A stretch of 53,124 nucleotides of DNA. Source: Actinomycetota bacterium. Lineage in GTDB: Bacteria > Actinomycetota > Acidimicrobiia > Acidimicrobiales > Ilumatobacteraceae. The translations under genes were made by a program, and so were the position numbers. The notes beneath the pieces are model-generated. The model saw nothing but the letters and a program-made list of their open reading frames with translations. It made no database searches and was not told the DNA's origin. The DNA is taken from NCBI GenBank assembly GCA_015767405.1, contig JADWMG010000001.1, positions 1 through 53,124 of the forward strand, given 5' to 3'. Shown here in pieces: positions 6,412 through 15,444 of the stretch. The stretch's first letter is position 1, and each line of letters begins with the position of its first letter.

Positions 6412-8799
6412 ATGTTCGCCCTCCTCGCCCTCCACCTCGTACTCGGCGTCGTTATCGTCGCCGCAGGCCGCATCCTGGGGCGTCAGGCCTTTCTCGTAGC
6501 GGCCGTAGCCCCAGCGGCGATGCTGATCTGGGCAGCGACGAAGGCCAACGACGTTCTCGACGGGAAGCCCGTGACTGAGTCGTTCGTCTGGGTAGCCGGC
6601 CTCGACCTGACGATTGATCTTCGCTTTGATGCTTTCGCATTGGTGATGGTGACTTTGGTTTCGGGTATCGGACTCCTGATCTGTATCTATTCACTTGGGT
6701 ATTTCACCGCTACAAAGCCAGGCCTGGCGCGGCTGGCCGGAATCCTCACGCTCTTTGCCGGAGCGATGCTCGGAGTTGTCCTTTCCGACCATCTGATAGC
6801 GCTGTTCATTTTCTGGGAGCTGACATCCGTCACGTCCTACCTGCTCATCGGCAACGACGATACGAATCCCCGCGCTCGTGCTGCTGCGCTCCAGGCGTTG
6901 TTCATCACAGGCGCAGGTGGGCTCGTGATGCTTGCCGGGCTGATAATCATCGGGCAGTCCGCAGGGACCTACCTGATCTCCGAGTTGTTGGTCGCCCCAC
7001 CTAGCGGCAACGTCGTCAACGTAGCGCTGGTGCTCGTGCTGATCGGCGCCTTTACGAAGTCCGCGCAGGCTCCCTTCAGTAGTTGGCTACCTGGGGCGAT
7101 GGTCGCGCCGACGCCGGTCAGTGCGTATCTGCACTCGGCCACGATGGTCAAAGCCGGGGTCTACCTCGTTGCGCGGTTAGCGCCGATATTCGCCATCCAG
7201 GGCAACTGGCGGCTCATCGTGCTTTCGGTAGGTGCGTTCACGATGGTTGTGGGCGGGCTACGTGCCTTGCGCCAGAACGATCTCAAGTTGCTTCTCGCCT
7301 ACGGCACCGTCAGTCAGCTCGGGTTCATGATGCTGCTGTTCGGAGTCGGCGAGTACCACATCGCGGAGGCCGGAGTCGTTCTGATCCTCGCTCACGCCGC
7401 GTTCAAGGCGGCATTGTTCATGGTCGTCGGCATCGTTGATCATGAGACCGGCACGCGCGACATCCGCGCTCTGCATGGCTTCGGCAAATCTTGGAGGCCG
7501 GTTCAGGCTGTCGCCGTGCTCAGCGCAGCATCCATGGCCGGTGTGCCGCTCATGTTCGGATTCATCGCCAAGGAAAAGGGGCTCGGCGGCTACGTGGAGT
7601 ACGGAGACTTCGTGGGTGAAACGGTCGTGCTGATCGCCATCGTCGTGGCGTCAATGTTGACGTTCGCGTACTCCGCCCGTTTTGTTCTCGGAATCTACGG
7701 AGTCTTCGGTCTCGACGATCGAGATGACGTGTCGCGCTCGGCGCACGCTCCCGGCATCGTGTTCTGGGCGCCAGCCGGCTTGCTGGCGTTCTTCACGGTC
7801 CTCTTCGGGGTTTTTCCCCAGCTGCTAGACCGTCTCGTCGAAGGGGCGACGCTCGCTCTCTACCCAGGCAGCAGCCCGAAGCCGCTCGAACTGTGGGCAG
7901 GTTTCAATGAGGCGCTCCTGCTTTCGGCCATCGTCATCCTCGGTGGAGTTGTGCTCACTCTTATGCGCACAAAAGTGGCTCGGGCCCAGCGCCGCGGGTC
8001 AGAGGCGATCAGATTTCTGCCGACCGGAGACGAGGCGTTCGCCGGCGTTCTCCGCGGGATCAGTGTCACGTCGCGCCGCGTGACGGCCGTGGTACAGAAC
8101 GGCTCGCTGCCGATCTACATCGCGATCATCGTGCTGACCGTGACGTTGGTGCCACTTACCGGATTCGCCCGCGACATCGACACTCTCCCCGACTTCGTGG
8201 AGCAGCGGGTTCACATCGGATTCGTCGCGTTGATCACAGCCGCTGCACTCGGGGCGTCCGTCGTGCGGCATCGAATAGCAGCTGCCCTCATGCTCGGAGC
8301 GGTTGGGTACTCGATGGCCGGCCTGTACGTCACAATGGGGGCTCCCGACCTCGCGCTGACTCAGTTCTCGATAGAAACGCTGAGCACGGTTCTCTTCGTG
8401 TTGGTGCTGCGTTTCCTCCCGCGCTCATGGCGGCACCATGCACCGGCAATTGCCGCGCCGATGCGCATCGCAGTCGCTGCGGCGGTCGGCGTGGCGATCT
8501 TCGTGTTTGCGCTCTCGGCGAGCAACGCACGTCCCGATGTGAGCGGGCCGCAGCAGTCCGAAGTGATGATCGAGGATTCTTACTCAGAGGCCAAGGGCCA
8601 AAATGTCGTCAACGTCATCCTGGTCGACTTCCGCGGTTGGGACACGATGGGCGAGATCACCGTTCTGCTGGTTGCGGCCGTGGGTGTCGTCAGCCTTGCC
8701 CGAACCGGGCGACGCCGCGATGACACCGATGCACCCGTATTCGAAGAGATCAGCGACGGCGAGTCAAGCGAACAGAAGATGCCTGAGGCGTTGCGATGA
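6412..8799 (+). CDS. mrpA: Na+/H+ (monovalent cation/proton) antiporter subunit A
   Basis: 795-aa polytopic NuoL/MnhA-like protein. It is the first gene of a seven-gene string with 1-4 nt overlaps. Confidence 0.85.
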   Translation: MFALLALHLVLGVVIVAAGRILGRQAFLVAAVAPAAMLIWAATKANDVLDGKPVTESFVWVAGLDLTIDLRFDAFALVMVTLVSGIGLLICIYSLGYFTATKPGLARLAGILTLFAGAMLGVVLSDHLIALFIFWELTSVTSYLLIGNDDTNPRARAAALQALFITGAGGLVMLAGLIIIGQSAGTYLISELLVAPPSGNVVNVALVLVLIGAFTKSAQAPFSSWLPGAMVAPTPVSAYLHSATMVKAGVYLVARLAPIFAIQGNWRLIVLSVGAFTMVVGGLRALRQNDLKLLLAYGTVSQLGFMMLLFGVGEYHIAEAGVVLILAHAAFKAALFMVVGIVDHETGTRDIRALHGFGKSWRPVQAVAVLSAASMAGVPLMFGFIAKEKGLGGYVEYGDFVGETVVLIAIVVASMLTFAYSARFVLGIYGVFGLDDRDDVSRSAHAPGIVFWAPAGLLAFFTVLFGVFPQLLDRLVEGATLALYPGSSPKPLELWAGFNEALLLSAIVILGGVVLTLMRTKVARAQRRGSEAIRFLPTGDEAFAGVLRGISVTSRRVTAVVQNGSLPIYIAIIVLTVTLVPLTGFARDIDTLPDFVEQRVHIGFVALITAAALGASVVRHRIAAALMLGAVGYSMAGLYVTMGAPDLALTQFSIETLSTVLFVLVLRFLPRSWRHHAPAIAAPMRIAVAAAVGVAIFVFALSASNARPDVSGPQQSEVMIEDSYSEAKGQNVVNVILVDFRGWDTMGEITVLLVAAVGVVSLARTGRRRDDTDAPVFEEISDGESSEQKMPEALR

Positions 8800-9362
8800 G
8801 CGAGCCGATGCCACCGACGCCGGAAGATGTCGAATCGAGCCAGGCGGCAGAGCGGTCGGCGAACCGTCGGCTGACCGTGACCGAAATGCTGATTCTCGAC
8901 ACCTCGGTGAAGATTCTGTACCCCGCGATTCTCGTCCTCGCGCTGTACTTCCTGTTTGCCGGCCACAATCGCCCCGGCGGTGGATTCGTGAGCGGCTTGA
9001 TGGTCGGAGCGGCGCTGTCACTGCGTTTCGTGTCCGGAGACGCAGAAGCGGTTCGCTCGACGTTCCGCCTGTCGTCTCACATGATCCTCGGTCTGGGTCT
9101 GGCACTTTCAGCCACGGTCGCCTTGATGCCCGTGCTGTTGGGTGGGTCGATTCTCGAGCACGGTGAACTCGAATACGACCTTCCGATCTTCCATCACGTC
9201 AAGCTCACGAGCACATTTGCGTTCGATCTGGGCGTTGCCCTTGTAGTCATCGGATTGGTCTTGATGGCGTTCGCGGCATTCGGCGATGGGCGTGTCGGCG
9301 ACCCTGGTGACGAAGACGATGGCAGCGATGATCGCCTCCCGAAGGTGCGGATTCGCCGATGA
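8796..9362 (+). CDS. mrpB: Na+/H+ antiporter subunit B (MnhB domain)
   Basis: The motif LYFLFAGHNRPGGGFVSGLMVGAAL is the MnhB signature. A 4-nt overlap with mrpA is present. Confidence 0.75.
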   Translation: MSEPMPPTPEDVESSQAAERSANRRLTVTEMLILDTSVKILYPAILVLALYFLFAGHNRPGGGFVSGLMVGAALSLRFVSGDAEAVRSTFRLSSHMILGLGLALSATVALMPVLLGGSILEHGELEYDLPIFHHVKLTSTFAFDLGVALVVIGLVLMAFAAFGDGRVGDPGDEDDGSDDRLPKVRIRR

Positions 9363-9778
9363 CCGTGCTCCTCGCATTCGCCGCTGCGTTCTTGTTCGCG
9401 ACTGGCACATGGCTCTTGTTGCAACGCCGACTGTCACGCATTCTGATCGGAATCGGCCTGGTCGGGCATGGCTCGAATATTCTGCTGTTGACCTCCGGCG
9501 GTCCGAGTGGGGTCGCTCCGATCATCGGTTCAGCCCCGGCCGTCGATTTTTCCGACCCGCTTCCTCAAGCCCTTGCCTTGACATCGATCGTCATCACTTT
9601 TGGTGTCACGGCGTTCCTGCTGGCGCTCGGTTACCGAAGCTGGCGCATCACGCACGATGACGTTGTCGAAGACGATGTGGAAGACCGATTCATTGCCCGT
9701 CGTCGCAGCGAAGACCACATTGTTTCTGACACCGAAGACGCCGCGCGTGCGCAGGCCGCCGAAGAGGACCGGTTGTGA
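9359..9778 (+). CDS. mrpC: Na+/H+ antiporter subunit C (NuoK-like)
   Basis: 139 aa with three transmembrane helices. The call rests on position in the operon and the ATGA overlap. Confidence 0.75.
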   Translation: MTVLLAFAAAFLFATGTWLLLQRRLSRILIGIGLVGHGSNILLLTSGGPSGVAPIIGSAPAVDFSDPLPQALALTSIVITFGVTAFLLALGYRSWRITHDDVVEDDVEDRFIARRRSEDHIVSDTEDAARAQAAEEDRL

Positions 9779-11274
9779 ACGCGCTCATTCCGTTGCCGGT
9801 CATCTTGCCAATTCTCGGTGCTGCGCTCTGTGTGATCGCGGCGCGTTCTCGGACGGTGCAGCGCGTTCTCAGCCTGGCTGTTCTGACGACCAACGTAGTG
9901 GTGAGTGTCATCTTGCTCATCCGCGTAGACGATGACGGAATCGGTGTAACGCAGGCGGGCGGCTGGAGGGCTCCGCTCGGAATCACATTGGTTGTCGATC
10001 GGCTGGCAGCGGTCATGCTGGTCGTTTCGTCGCTGATGCTGTTGTCAGTACTGATTTACGCGATCGGTCAGCGGGAAGAGGAAGCCCGGTTCGCTGCTTT
10101 CAACCCCGTATATCTGGTGTTGGCAGCTGGTGTATCGGCGAGCTTCATCACGGGTGACCTCTTCAACCTCTTTGTCGCGTTCGAGATGATGCTTGTTGCC
10201 AGCTACGTACTCCTGACCCTCGGGGGTCGACCTGGCCAGGTCCGTTCTGGAATGTCATATGTCGTTATCAGCCTCATCGCGTCAACGTTCTTCATCACCG
10301 CACTCGCGCTGATCTACGCCGCAACAGGCACGGTCAACATGGCTCAACTGTCCGAGCGGATCCCTGAGCTGCCCAGTGGAGTCCAGGTCGGATTCTCTCT
10401 GCTCCTGATCCTCGTGTTCGGCATCAAGGCCGGCGTTTTTCCGCTCTTCTTCTGGCTCCCTGACAGCTATCCAACCGCACCCGGGGCGATCACCGCCGTA
10501 TTCGCTGGTCTACTCACCAAGGTTGGCGTTTACGCGATCATTCGGTCCCAGACCCTGCTGTTTCCACCAGATGCCCAACAAGGCACTGTGCTGCTGGTCA
10601 TTGCCGGCTTCACGATGGTTGTCGGTGTCCTCGGGGCCCTCGCGCAGGACGATCTGCGCCGCATGCTGTCGTTCCACATTGTCAGCCACATCGGATACAT
10701 GATTTTCGGTCTCGCTCTGTTCACAATCGCGGGGATCGCAGCTGCTGTCTTCTACGTCGTTCACCACATCGTGGTCAAGACCGCACTGTTCCTCGTGGCC
10801 GGACTTGTCGAACATCGGGCGGGATCCGATCGGCTCTCGCGGGTCGGTGGTCTGGTGCGGAGCGCACCGATGATCGCGGTACTTTTTGCGTTCCCAGCGC
10901 TCAGCATCGCCGGTCTGCCTCCGTTCTCAGGATTCGTCGGAAAGTTCGGTCTTGTCAGTGCTGGTATCGATTCGACTGACTGGGTGATCGTGGCAGTCAG
11001 CCTGCTGGTCAGCCTGCTCACGATGTATGTGATGGGCAGGATCTGGTCGGACGTGTTCTGGGGCGAACCCGAGGACCCTGAGGTCGTCGAGTGGATGGAA
11101 ACCGATGCCAGTCGGGTGCCGTGGTTGATGACTTCTGCAACCGCGGCCGTTGTCGTGATGTCGTTGCTGCTCATGGTGTTCGCCGGACCGTTGTACAGCT
11201 ACGCCGAGCGCACGGCCGCAGAATTGCTGCACCCGGAGATCTACGTCGAGTCCGTGCTCGGAGAAGGATCATGA
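9775..11274 (+). CDS. mrpD: Na+/H+ antiporter subunit D (NuoN/NuoL-like)
   Basis: 499-aa polytopic protein with a proton-pumping antiporter-like fold (WLPDSYPTAPGAITAVFAGLLTKVGVYA). Confidence 0.85.
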   Translation: MNALIPLPVILPILGAALCVIAARSRTVQRVLSLAVLTTNVVVSVILLIRVDDDGIGVTQAGGWRAPLGITLVVDRLAAVMLVVSSLMLLSVLIYAIGQREEEARFAAFNPVYLVLAAGVSASFITGDLFNLFVAFEMMLVASYVLLTLGGRPGQVRSGMSYVVISLIASTFFITALALIYAATGTVNMAQLSERIPELPSGVQVGFSLLLILVFGIKAGVFPLFFWLPDSYPTAPGAITAVFAGLLTKVGVYAIIRSQTLLFPPDAQQGTVLLVIAGFTMVVGVLGALAQDDLRRMLSFHIVSHIGYMIFGLALFTIAGIAAAVFYVVHHIVVKTALFLVAGLVEHRAGSDRLSRVGGLVRSAPMIAVLFAFPALSIAGLPPFSGFVGKFGLVSAGIDSTDWVIVAVSLLVSLLTMYVMGRIWSDVFWGEPEDPEVVEWMETDASRVPWLMTSATAAVVVMSLLLMVFAGPLYSYAERTAAELLHPEIYVESVLGEGS

Positions 11275-11831
11275 GCTCCAGCATTCGGATGCCGGCACTC
11301 ATCATCTGGCTAGTGCTTGTTTGGGCCCTGTTGTGGGGCGACTTCAGTCTTGCAAACCTGCTGGCAGGCGCCATTGTGGCCGTGCTGGTCGTGGCGATCG
11401 CCAGACCAACCGGCGTCAACTGGTTCCAACGAACGTCGATTCATCCGATATCGGCGCTGGTGTTCGTGACCTACTTCCTCTTCCAATTGCTTCGGTCGAA
11501 CCTGATAGTGGCCTGGGAGATAATCACTCCTGGGTCACGACTCAACAGGGCGATCATTGCGGTGCCGATGCATGTTGCGACAGACGGACTCATCACGCTG
11601 GTCGGCAACGCGGTGACGTTGACCCCGGGGACTCTGACTGTCGACGTTCGCGAAGCCGACCCCGATGCTGGTACCCCGCCGATCTTGTATGTCCATGTCC
11701 TTCAGGTCGGCGATGTTGATTCAGCGCGCGCAAGCGTTCTCAAACTCGAGCGGCTCGCCACCAAGGCCTTTGGCACGCGCGCCCAAATGGAAGCTGTCGA
11801 AGCTGCCGCGACCGAGGAGATCCAGTCATGA
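11271..11831 (+). CDS. mrpE: Na+/H+ antiporter subunit E
   Basis: The in-frame ATG at 11271 overlaps the mrpD stop codon (ATGA). The sequence MSSSIRMPALIIWLVLVWALLWGDFS... is typical of MnhE. The longer track ORF from 11091 would overlap mrpD. Confidence 0.7.
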   Translation: MSSSIRMPALIIWLVLVWALLWGDFSLANLLAGAIVAVLVVAIARPTGVNWFQRTSIHPISALVFVTYFLFQLLRSNLIVAWEIITPGSRLNRAIIAVPMHVATDGLITLVGNAVTLTPGTLTVDVREADPDAGTPPILYVHVLQVGDVDSARASVLKLERLATKAFGTRAQMEAVEAAATEEIQS

Positions 11832-12079
11832 GTGAGTTCGCGTTGGCGCTGCTCTTCATTGGGGCCGGATGTTTCATGTACCGGCTCCTGCGTGGTCCGA
11901 GCCTTCCAGACCGGGTTGTCGGGCTCGACGGTCTCTTGTCGGTCATCGTCATCGCAATCATCGTGGCAGCGGCCAGACTCGGCAGCGGAATCACGGTCGA
12001 AACTGTACTAGTTGCGGTGCTCGTCGGGTTTGTCGGGACCGTCGCGCTTGCGCGATTCATCGAACGGCGGGGTGACTGA
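11828..12079 (+). CDS. mrpF: Na+/H+ antiporter subunit F
   Basis: 83 aa with three transmembrane helices. The call rests on operon position. Confidence 0.7.
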   Translation: MSEFALALLFIGAGCFMYRLLRGPSLPDRVVGLDGLLSVIVIAIIVAAARLGSGITVETVLVAVLVGFVGTVALARFIERRGD

Positions 12080-12402
12080 TGAATACGCTCAGTGGACTCT
12101 TCTTGATCGCCGGTGCGGCGTTCGCACTGATCGGCGGAATCGGCGCTGTGCGCTTTCCCGACCTGCTGTCGCGAATGCATGCCGCGGCGAAAGCTCCGAC
12201 TCTCGGACTCGTACTCGTAGCGATTGGTGCGGCGATCGAGATTGGGACGACGCTCGCTACTACCACGCTGATCTTGGTTGTCATACTCCAGCTGCTGTCT
12301 TCGCCCGTCGGCGCACATGCACTGAGCCGAGCGTCGCGTCGCCAGGTGGTCATCTCCCTCGATGACGTCGATGATCTTACGCGAGACGAAAAATCCGACT
12401 GA
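12079..12402 (+). CDS. mrpG: Na+/H+ antiporter subunit G
   Basis: The 107-aa sequence contains FALIGGIGAVRFPDLLSRMHAAAKAPTLG, the MnhG signature. Confidence 0.75.
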   Translation: MNTLSGLFLIAGAAFALIGGIGAVRFPDLLSRMHAAAKAPTLGLVLVAIGAAIEIGTTLATTTLILVVILQLLSSPVGAHALSRASRRQVVISLDDVDDLTRDEKSD

Positions 12403-12426
12403 CCCAGACTGCGGTGAGCGGGCTCG

Positions 12427-13122
12427 TCAGGACTCGATAATGGTGATGGACTGAATCTCGATCGGTTCGCTCGGGTCGCCGGCAGCAGTACCGGCCGCTT
12501 CCATCGAGACGACAGTCCCATCGAAACCCTCGATCACTTCACCGAACAGTGAGTACTGCGGTGGAAGTGCCGCTCCCTGCTCGCCGGTGATGATGAAGAA
12601 CTGGCTACCACCGCTATTGGGGGCACCGGTATTCGCCATGGCGATCGACCCGATCTGGTACTCGCCGGCGGACGGCGGTTCATCGACGATCGTGTAGCCC
12701 GGACCACCGGTGCCCGTCGCTGACGGATCACCACATTGCACAACGAACCCAGGGATGATGCGATGACATACCGTGTCGTCGAAATACTGATTGCGTGCCA
12801 GGAACACGAAACTGTTGGTCGTTTCCGGAGCTTTCTCCTGGTCGAGTTCGATGGTGAATTCACCCTTGTTGGTGACGACCAGAGCCTGGTAGGACGCGTC
12901 CGGGTCGAGGCACATGGGTGGCGGCCCGTCAAACGATTGCTTCTGCTCGCCGGTTCCATCGGGCGGTGGGCAATCGACACTGCTGGACTCGGAATCGGTC
13001 ACCGAGTCTTGCGTCGCACCGGTTGTGGCTGCAGATTCCTCCGAAGATTCATCGCTCCCACAGGAACTAGCGACGATTGCGGTGCAGGCCACGAGGATCA
13101 ACAGGGACTTACGCACGCTCAT
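12427..13122 (-). CDS. peptidyl-prolyl cis-trans isomerase, cyclophilin type, probable lipoprotein
   Basis: A lipobox is present (LVACTAIVASSCGS). Cyclophilin motifs FHRIIPGFVVQCGDP and GSIAMANTGAPNSGGSQFFI are present. Confidence 0.85.
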   Translation of the reverse strand: MSVRKSLLILVACTAIVASSCGSDESSEESAATTGATQDSVTDSESSSVDCPPPDGTGEQKQSFDGPPPMCLDPDASYQALVVTNKGEFTIELDQEKAPETTNSFVFLARNQYFDDTVCHRIIPGFVVQCGDPSATGTGGPGYTIVDEPPSAGEYQIGSIAMANTGAPNSGGSQFFIITGEQGAALPPQYSLFGEVIEGFDGTVVSMEAAGTAAGDPSEPIEIQSITIIES

Positions 13123-13127
13123 CTGGC

Positions 13128-13367
13128 TCAGCCTTCAGTGGTGGCGGGTGCTGATGTTGTCGGCTGTTCGAGCACCGTCGTGACCGGAGGTTGCTCGTCG
13201 TCACCGGTTACAGCGCTGGCAATCCAAACGAGCCCGATGACCGCAGCGATGCCGCCAACCACGAGTGCTCCGATTCGGAGATTCTTCTTTCGGCTCGCAG
13301 CCTGCGCCACTTCTTGCTGACGCATTGCCTTGTTGGCCTTCTGACGTTCACGTTTCTCGGTTCCCAC
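13128..13367 (-). CDS. small membrane-anchored protein (basic N-terminus, one transmembrane helix)
   Basis: 79 aa. It ends 5 nt before the PPIase start, which indicates the same operon. Confidence 0.5.
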   Translation of the reverse strand: MGTEKRERQKANKAMRQQEVAQAASRKKNLRIGALVVGGIAAVIGLVWIASAVTGDDEQPPVTTVLEQPTTSAPATTEG

Positions 13368-13493
13368 AGGAGCCGCAGGCTATCGGTCAGGTGTCACGGT
13401 GAGGGCACCACGACCGGTGCACGGCTCAAGTCGGAGATCTCATCGGCCGATATCCAGTTGACGATCAGGTACTGGAAGGAACACGGCGGAACG

Positions 13494-14564
13494 GTGACGA
13501 GGTTGGCGAACTGGGTGGGCAGGCTGCTGTGCGCAGCAGGCCTTACCGCGTGGTTGGGCTGGCTCGGCTGGCGTGTGTCATCGCCCCCGAACGGGCCGGT
13601 CGGGCTTGCAGCCCTCGTTCTGGAGTTGGTTGCGTTTGCTTCGGCACTCGTCGTGACTGCAGGGCTGTGGGACTCCAGCTCAGCTCGCGACTCAGCTGAG
13701 AATCTTCGATCGGGGTGTGAAAGCGCTGCCACACGCGCTCTACCAGAGCTCATGACGGATGCACTCGGTGTGTCTTCCACCGTTCTCGAGTCGCGATCGC
13801 GACTGGGCGACGACGACACCGGAGAGGTGGCGTGGGCACGTCAGGGGCTAGTACTTCTGGGCGCCAATGGTTCGAGCGGGCGTGATGCCAACGCGGAGCA
13901 CGTCGCAACTTCCGATGCTTCAGGTCTCGTTGAACCTGCCGACTCAGGGAACGGTCGACGCTCGTTTCCCTCGCTCGAGGAGGCAGCGTGGTCCGTTGTG
14001 GCAACCGACGGGCTGCGAAGAATGTTGTTCGTTGCCCTGCTCGTCGTCGTTCTCTTCTCCGGCCAGGCGCCCTTCGAGGTGCCTCCGTGGCAGGTTGCGT
14101 CGCTTCTCGTAGGCGCCCTGGCGCTGTTGTCCGTGGGACACTGGTTGCTATCGGCCGGGCTCGTACGTCCGGGGTCTCGTACAATTTGGTCAATGGCTTC
14201 GGTCGGAGCCGGGTTCGGTGACGGGACATCGAGGACCGGCCTACCGATCAGATGGATGGCGACCATGGCGACCATGGTGGTTCTGAACTTGTCGATCTCG
14301 CTACGTGGTTTGAGTGATCGATGGACTCATGGTCTGGGTGTGATGTCGCACGACGAACGAGTGGCCGCGATGTCAGCAGCGTTCGGACTCGTGATGGCGG
14401 GCTTCATGGCTCTGCGAACTCTCGAGCAGCCCAATCTCGGATTCTACGGCGCTACGAGGAGGCTGGAGGAAGGCTCAGCGCGTCGGCTTGCGCTAGGGGC
14501 CACCGTTGGTGTCGCACTGCTCGGTTTCGTTGCGGGCATACTGCCCGCCGCGGGCCCGGCGTGA
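13494..14564 (+). CDS. polytopic membrane protein, unknown function
   Basis: The track ORF 13191..14564 overlaps the minus-strand gene at its 5' end. In-frame GTG 13494 (or TTG 13458) precedes the first transmembrane helix (LANWVGRLLCAAGLTAWLGWLGW). Several transmembrane helices flank a low-complexity loop. Confidence 0.5.
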   Translation: MTRLANWVGRLLCAAGLTAWLGWLGWRVSSPPNGPVGLAALVLELVAFASALVVTAGLWDSSSARDSAENLRSGCESAATRALPELMTDALGVSSTVLESRSRLGDDDTGEVAWARQGLVLLGANGSSGRDANAEHVATSDASGLVEPADSGNGRRSFPSLEEAAWSVVATDGLRRMLFVALLVVVLFSGQAPFEVPPWQVASLLVGALALLSVGHWLLSAGLVRPGSRTIWSMASVGAGFGDGTSRTGLPIRWMATMATMVVLNLSISLRGLSDRWTHGLGVMSHDERVAAMSAAFGLVMAGFMALRTLEQPNLGFYGATRRLEEGSARRLALGATVGVALLGFVAGILPAAGPA

Positions 14565-14653
14565 CATCCTGACAACGTCGCGCCAGCTGGCCCGTAGCAT
14601 TCTTCAGCCGAGGCAACCCCAACCGACGGTGGCGTCGCTTGTAGATTGAAGTC

Positions 14654-14896
14654 GTGGCAACCATGCGTCTTTTTGCTTCGGCTCGTGAAGCCGCTGGGAC
14701 CGGCGCTGATGTATTCGACGAAACCACTGTGGCCGAAGTCTTGGTTGCTGCCGAAAAACGTTATGGTCCGAGCTTCAGTAACGTGCTCGGGTCATGTCGC
14801 ATCTGGGTGAACGGTGACGCTGCGGTCGCCGAAATGTCAGTAGGTCCGCAGGATGAAGTGGCGGTACTCCCGCCGGTCTCAGGAGGAAGTACGTGA
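14654..14896 (+). CDS. MoaD/ThiS-family ubiquitin-like sulfur-carrier protein
   Basis: 80 aa. The N-terminus MRLFASAREAAG is typical of MoaD. The C-terminus is ...VLPPVSGG-ST. An alternative start is ATG 14663. Confidence 0.7.
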   Translation: MATMRLFASAREAAGTGADVFDETTVAEVLVAAEKRYGPSFSNVLGSCRIWVNGDAAVAEMSVGPQDEVAVLPPVSGGST

Positions 14897-15387
14897 GCAC
14901 CATCGAGACTCCCGACCCGACGGAGTTGTCGTTGTCCGATTTGCGTGGGCTCCGGCAGCAACTCCAAGAGGAAGATGACGCGGTTTCATATGCGCGGCGC
15001 GTAGCGCAGGCACGCCTCGACCTTGTCAAAGCGGAAGCGGCGCGCCGGGCAGAATCGTCTGACGCTGATGCGGGAGACGATCTGCGCTCCGTGCTTGCCC
15101 AGCACCTGACCGCTGGCCCGGCGCGGCCACCTCGTCCGACGGAAGACTTGAGTGACCACCCGCTTGCCGTTGAACTCGACGAGATCTGTGCGAGCAAGGG
15201 GCTCGGTCACGTGAAATCCCTCGACGATGTTGAACTCGTTGCACTTACAGAAGCGATTGGTGAGTTCGAAGCACGAGTGTCGTCCGACCGTCGCGCCCGT
15301 TTCGATCGACTCGACGCCTTGAGCGCGGAGCTGGTTCGCCGTTACCGCGACGGTGAGGCCGACGTCGACAGCTTGCACGCCGACTGA
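14893..15387 (+). CDS. RsiG-like helical protein (candidate c-di-GMP-binding anti-sigma factor family)
   Basis: 164 aa with a GTGA overlap with the MoaD-like gene. Two copies of the E(X)3S(X)2R(X)3Q(X)3D-type motif are present: D28..S32..R35..Q39..D43 and E126..S130..R133..F137..D141. Confidence 0.5.
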   Translation: MSTIETPDPTELSLSDLRGLRQQLQEEDDAVSYARRVAQARLDLVKAEAARRAESSDADAGDDLRSVLAQHLTAGPARPPRPTEDLSDHPLAVELDEICASKGLGHVKSLDDVELVALTEAIGEFEARVSSDRRARFDRLDALSAELVRRYRDGEADVDSLHAD

Positions 15388-15444
15388 CCACGGTTCGGGC
15401 CTTCGGATCAGTTTTCCCTCACCGTTGTTATCGTTGGGGAGGTT

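Noticed and set aside
13191-13493. The 5' extension of the 457-aa ORF.
   Set aside because: It overlaps the well-supported minus-strand small membrane protein gene (13128-13367). It encodes no hydrophobic or conserved sequence. The start was moved to GTG 13494.
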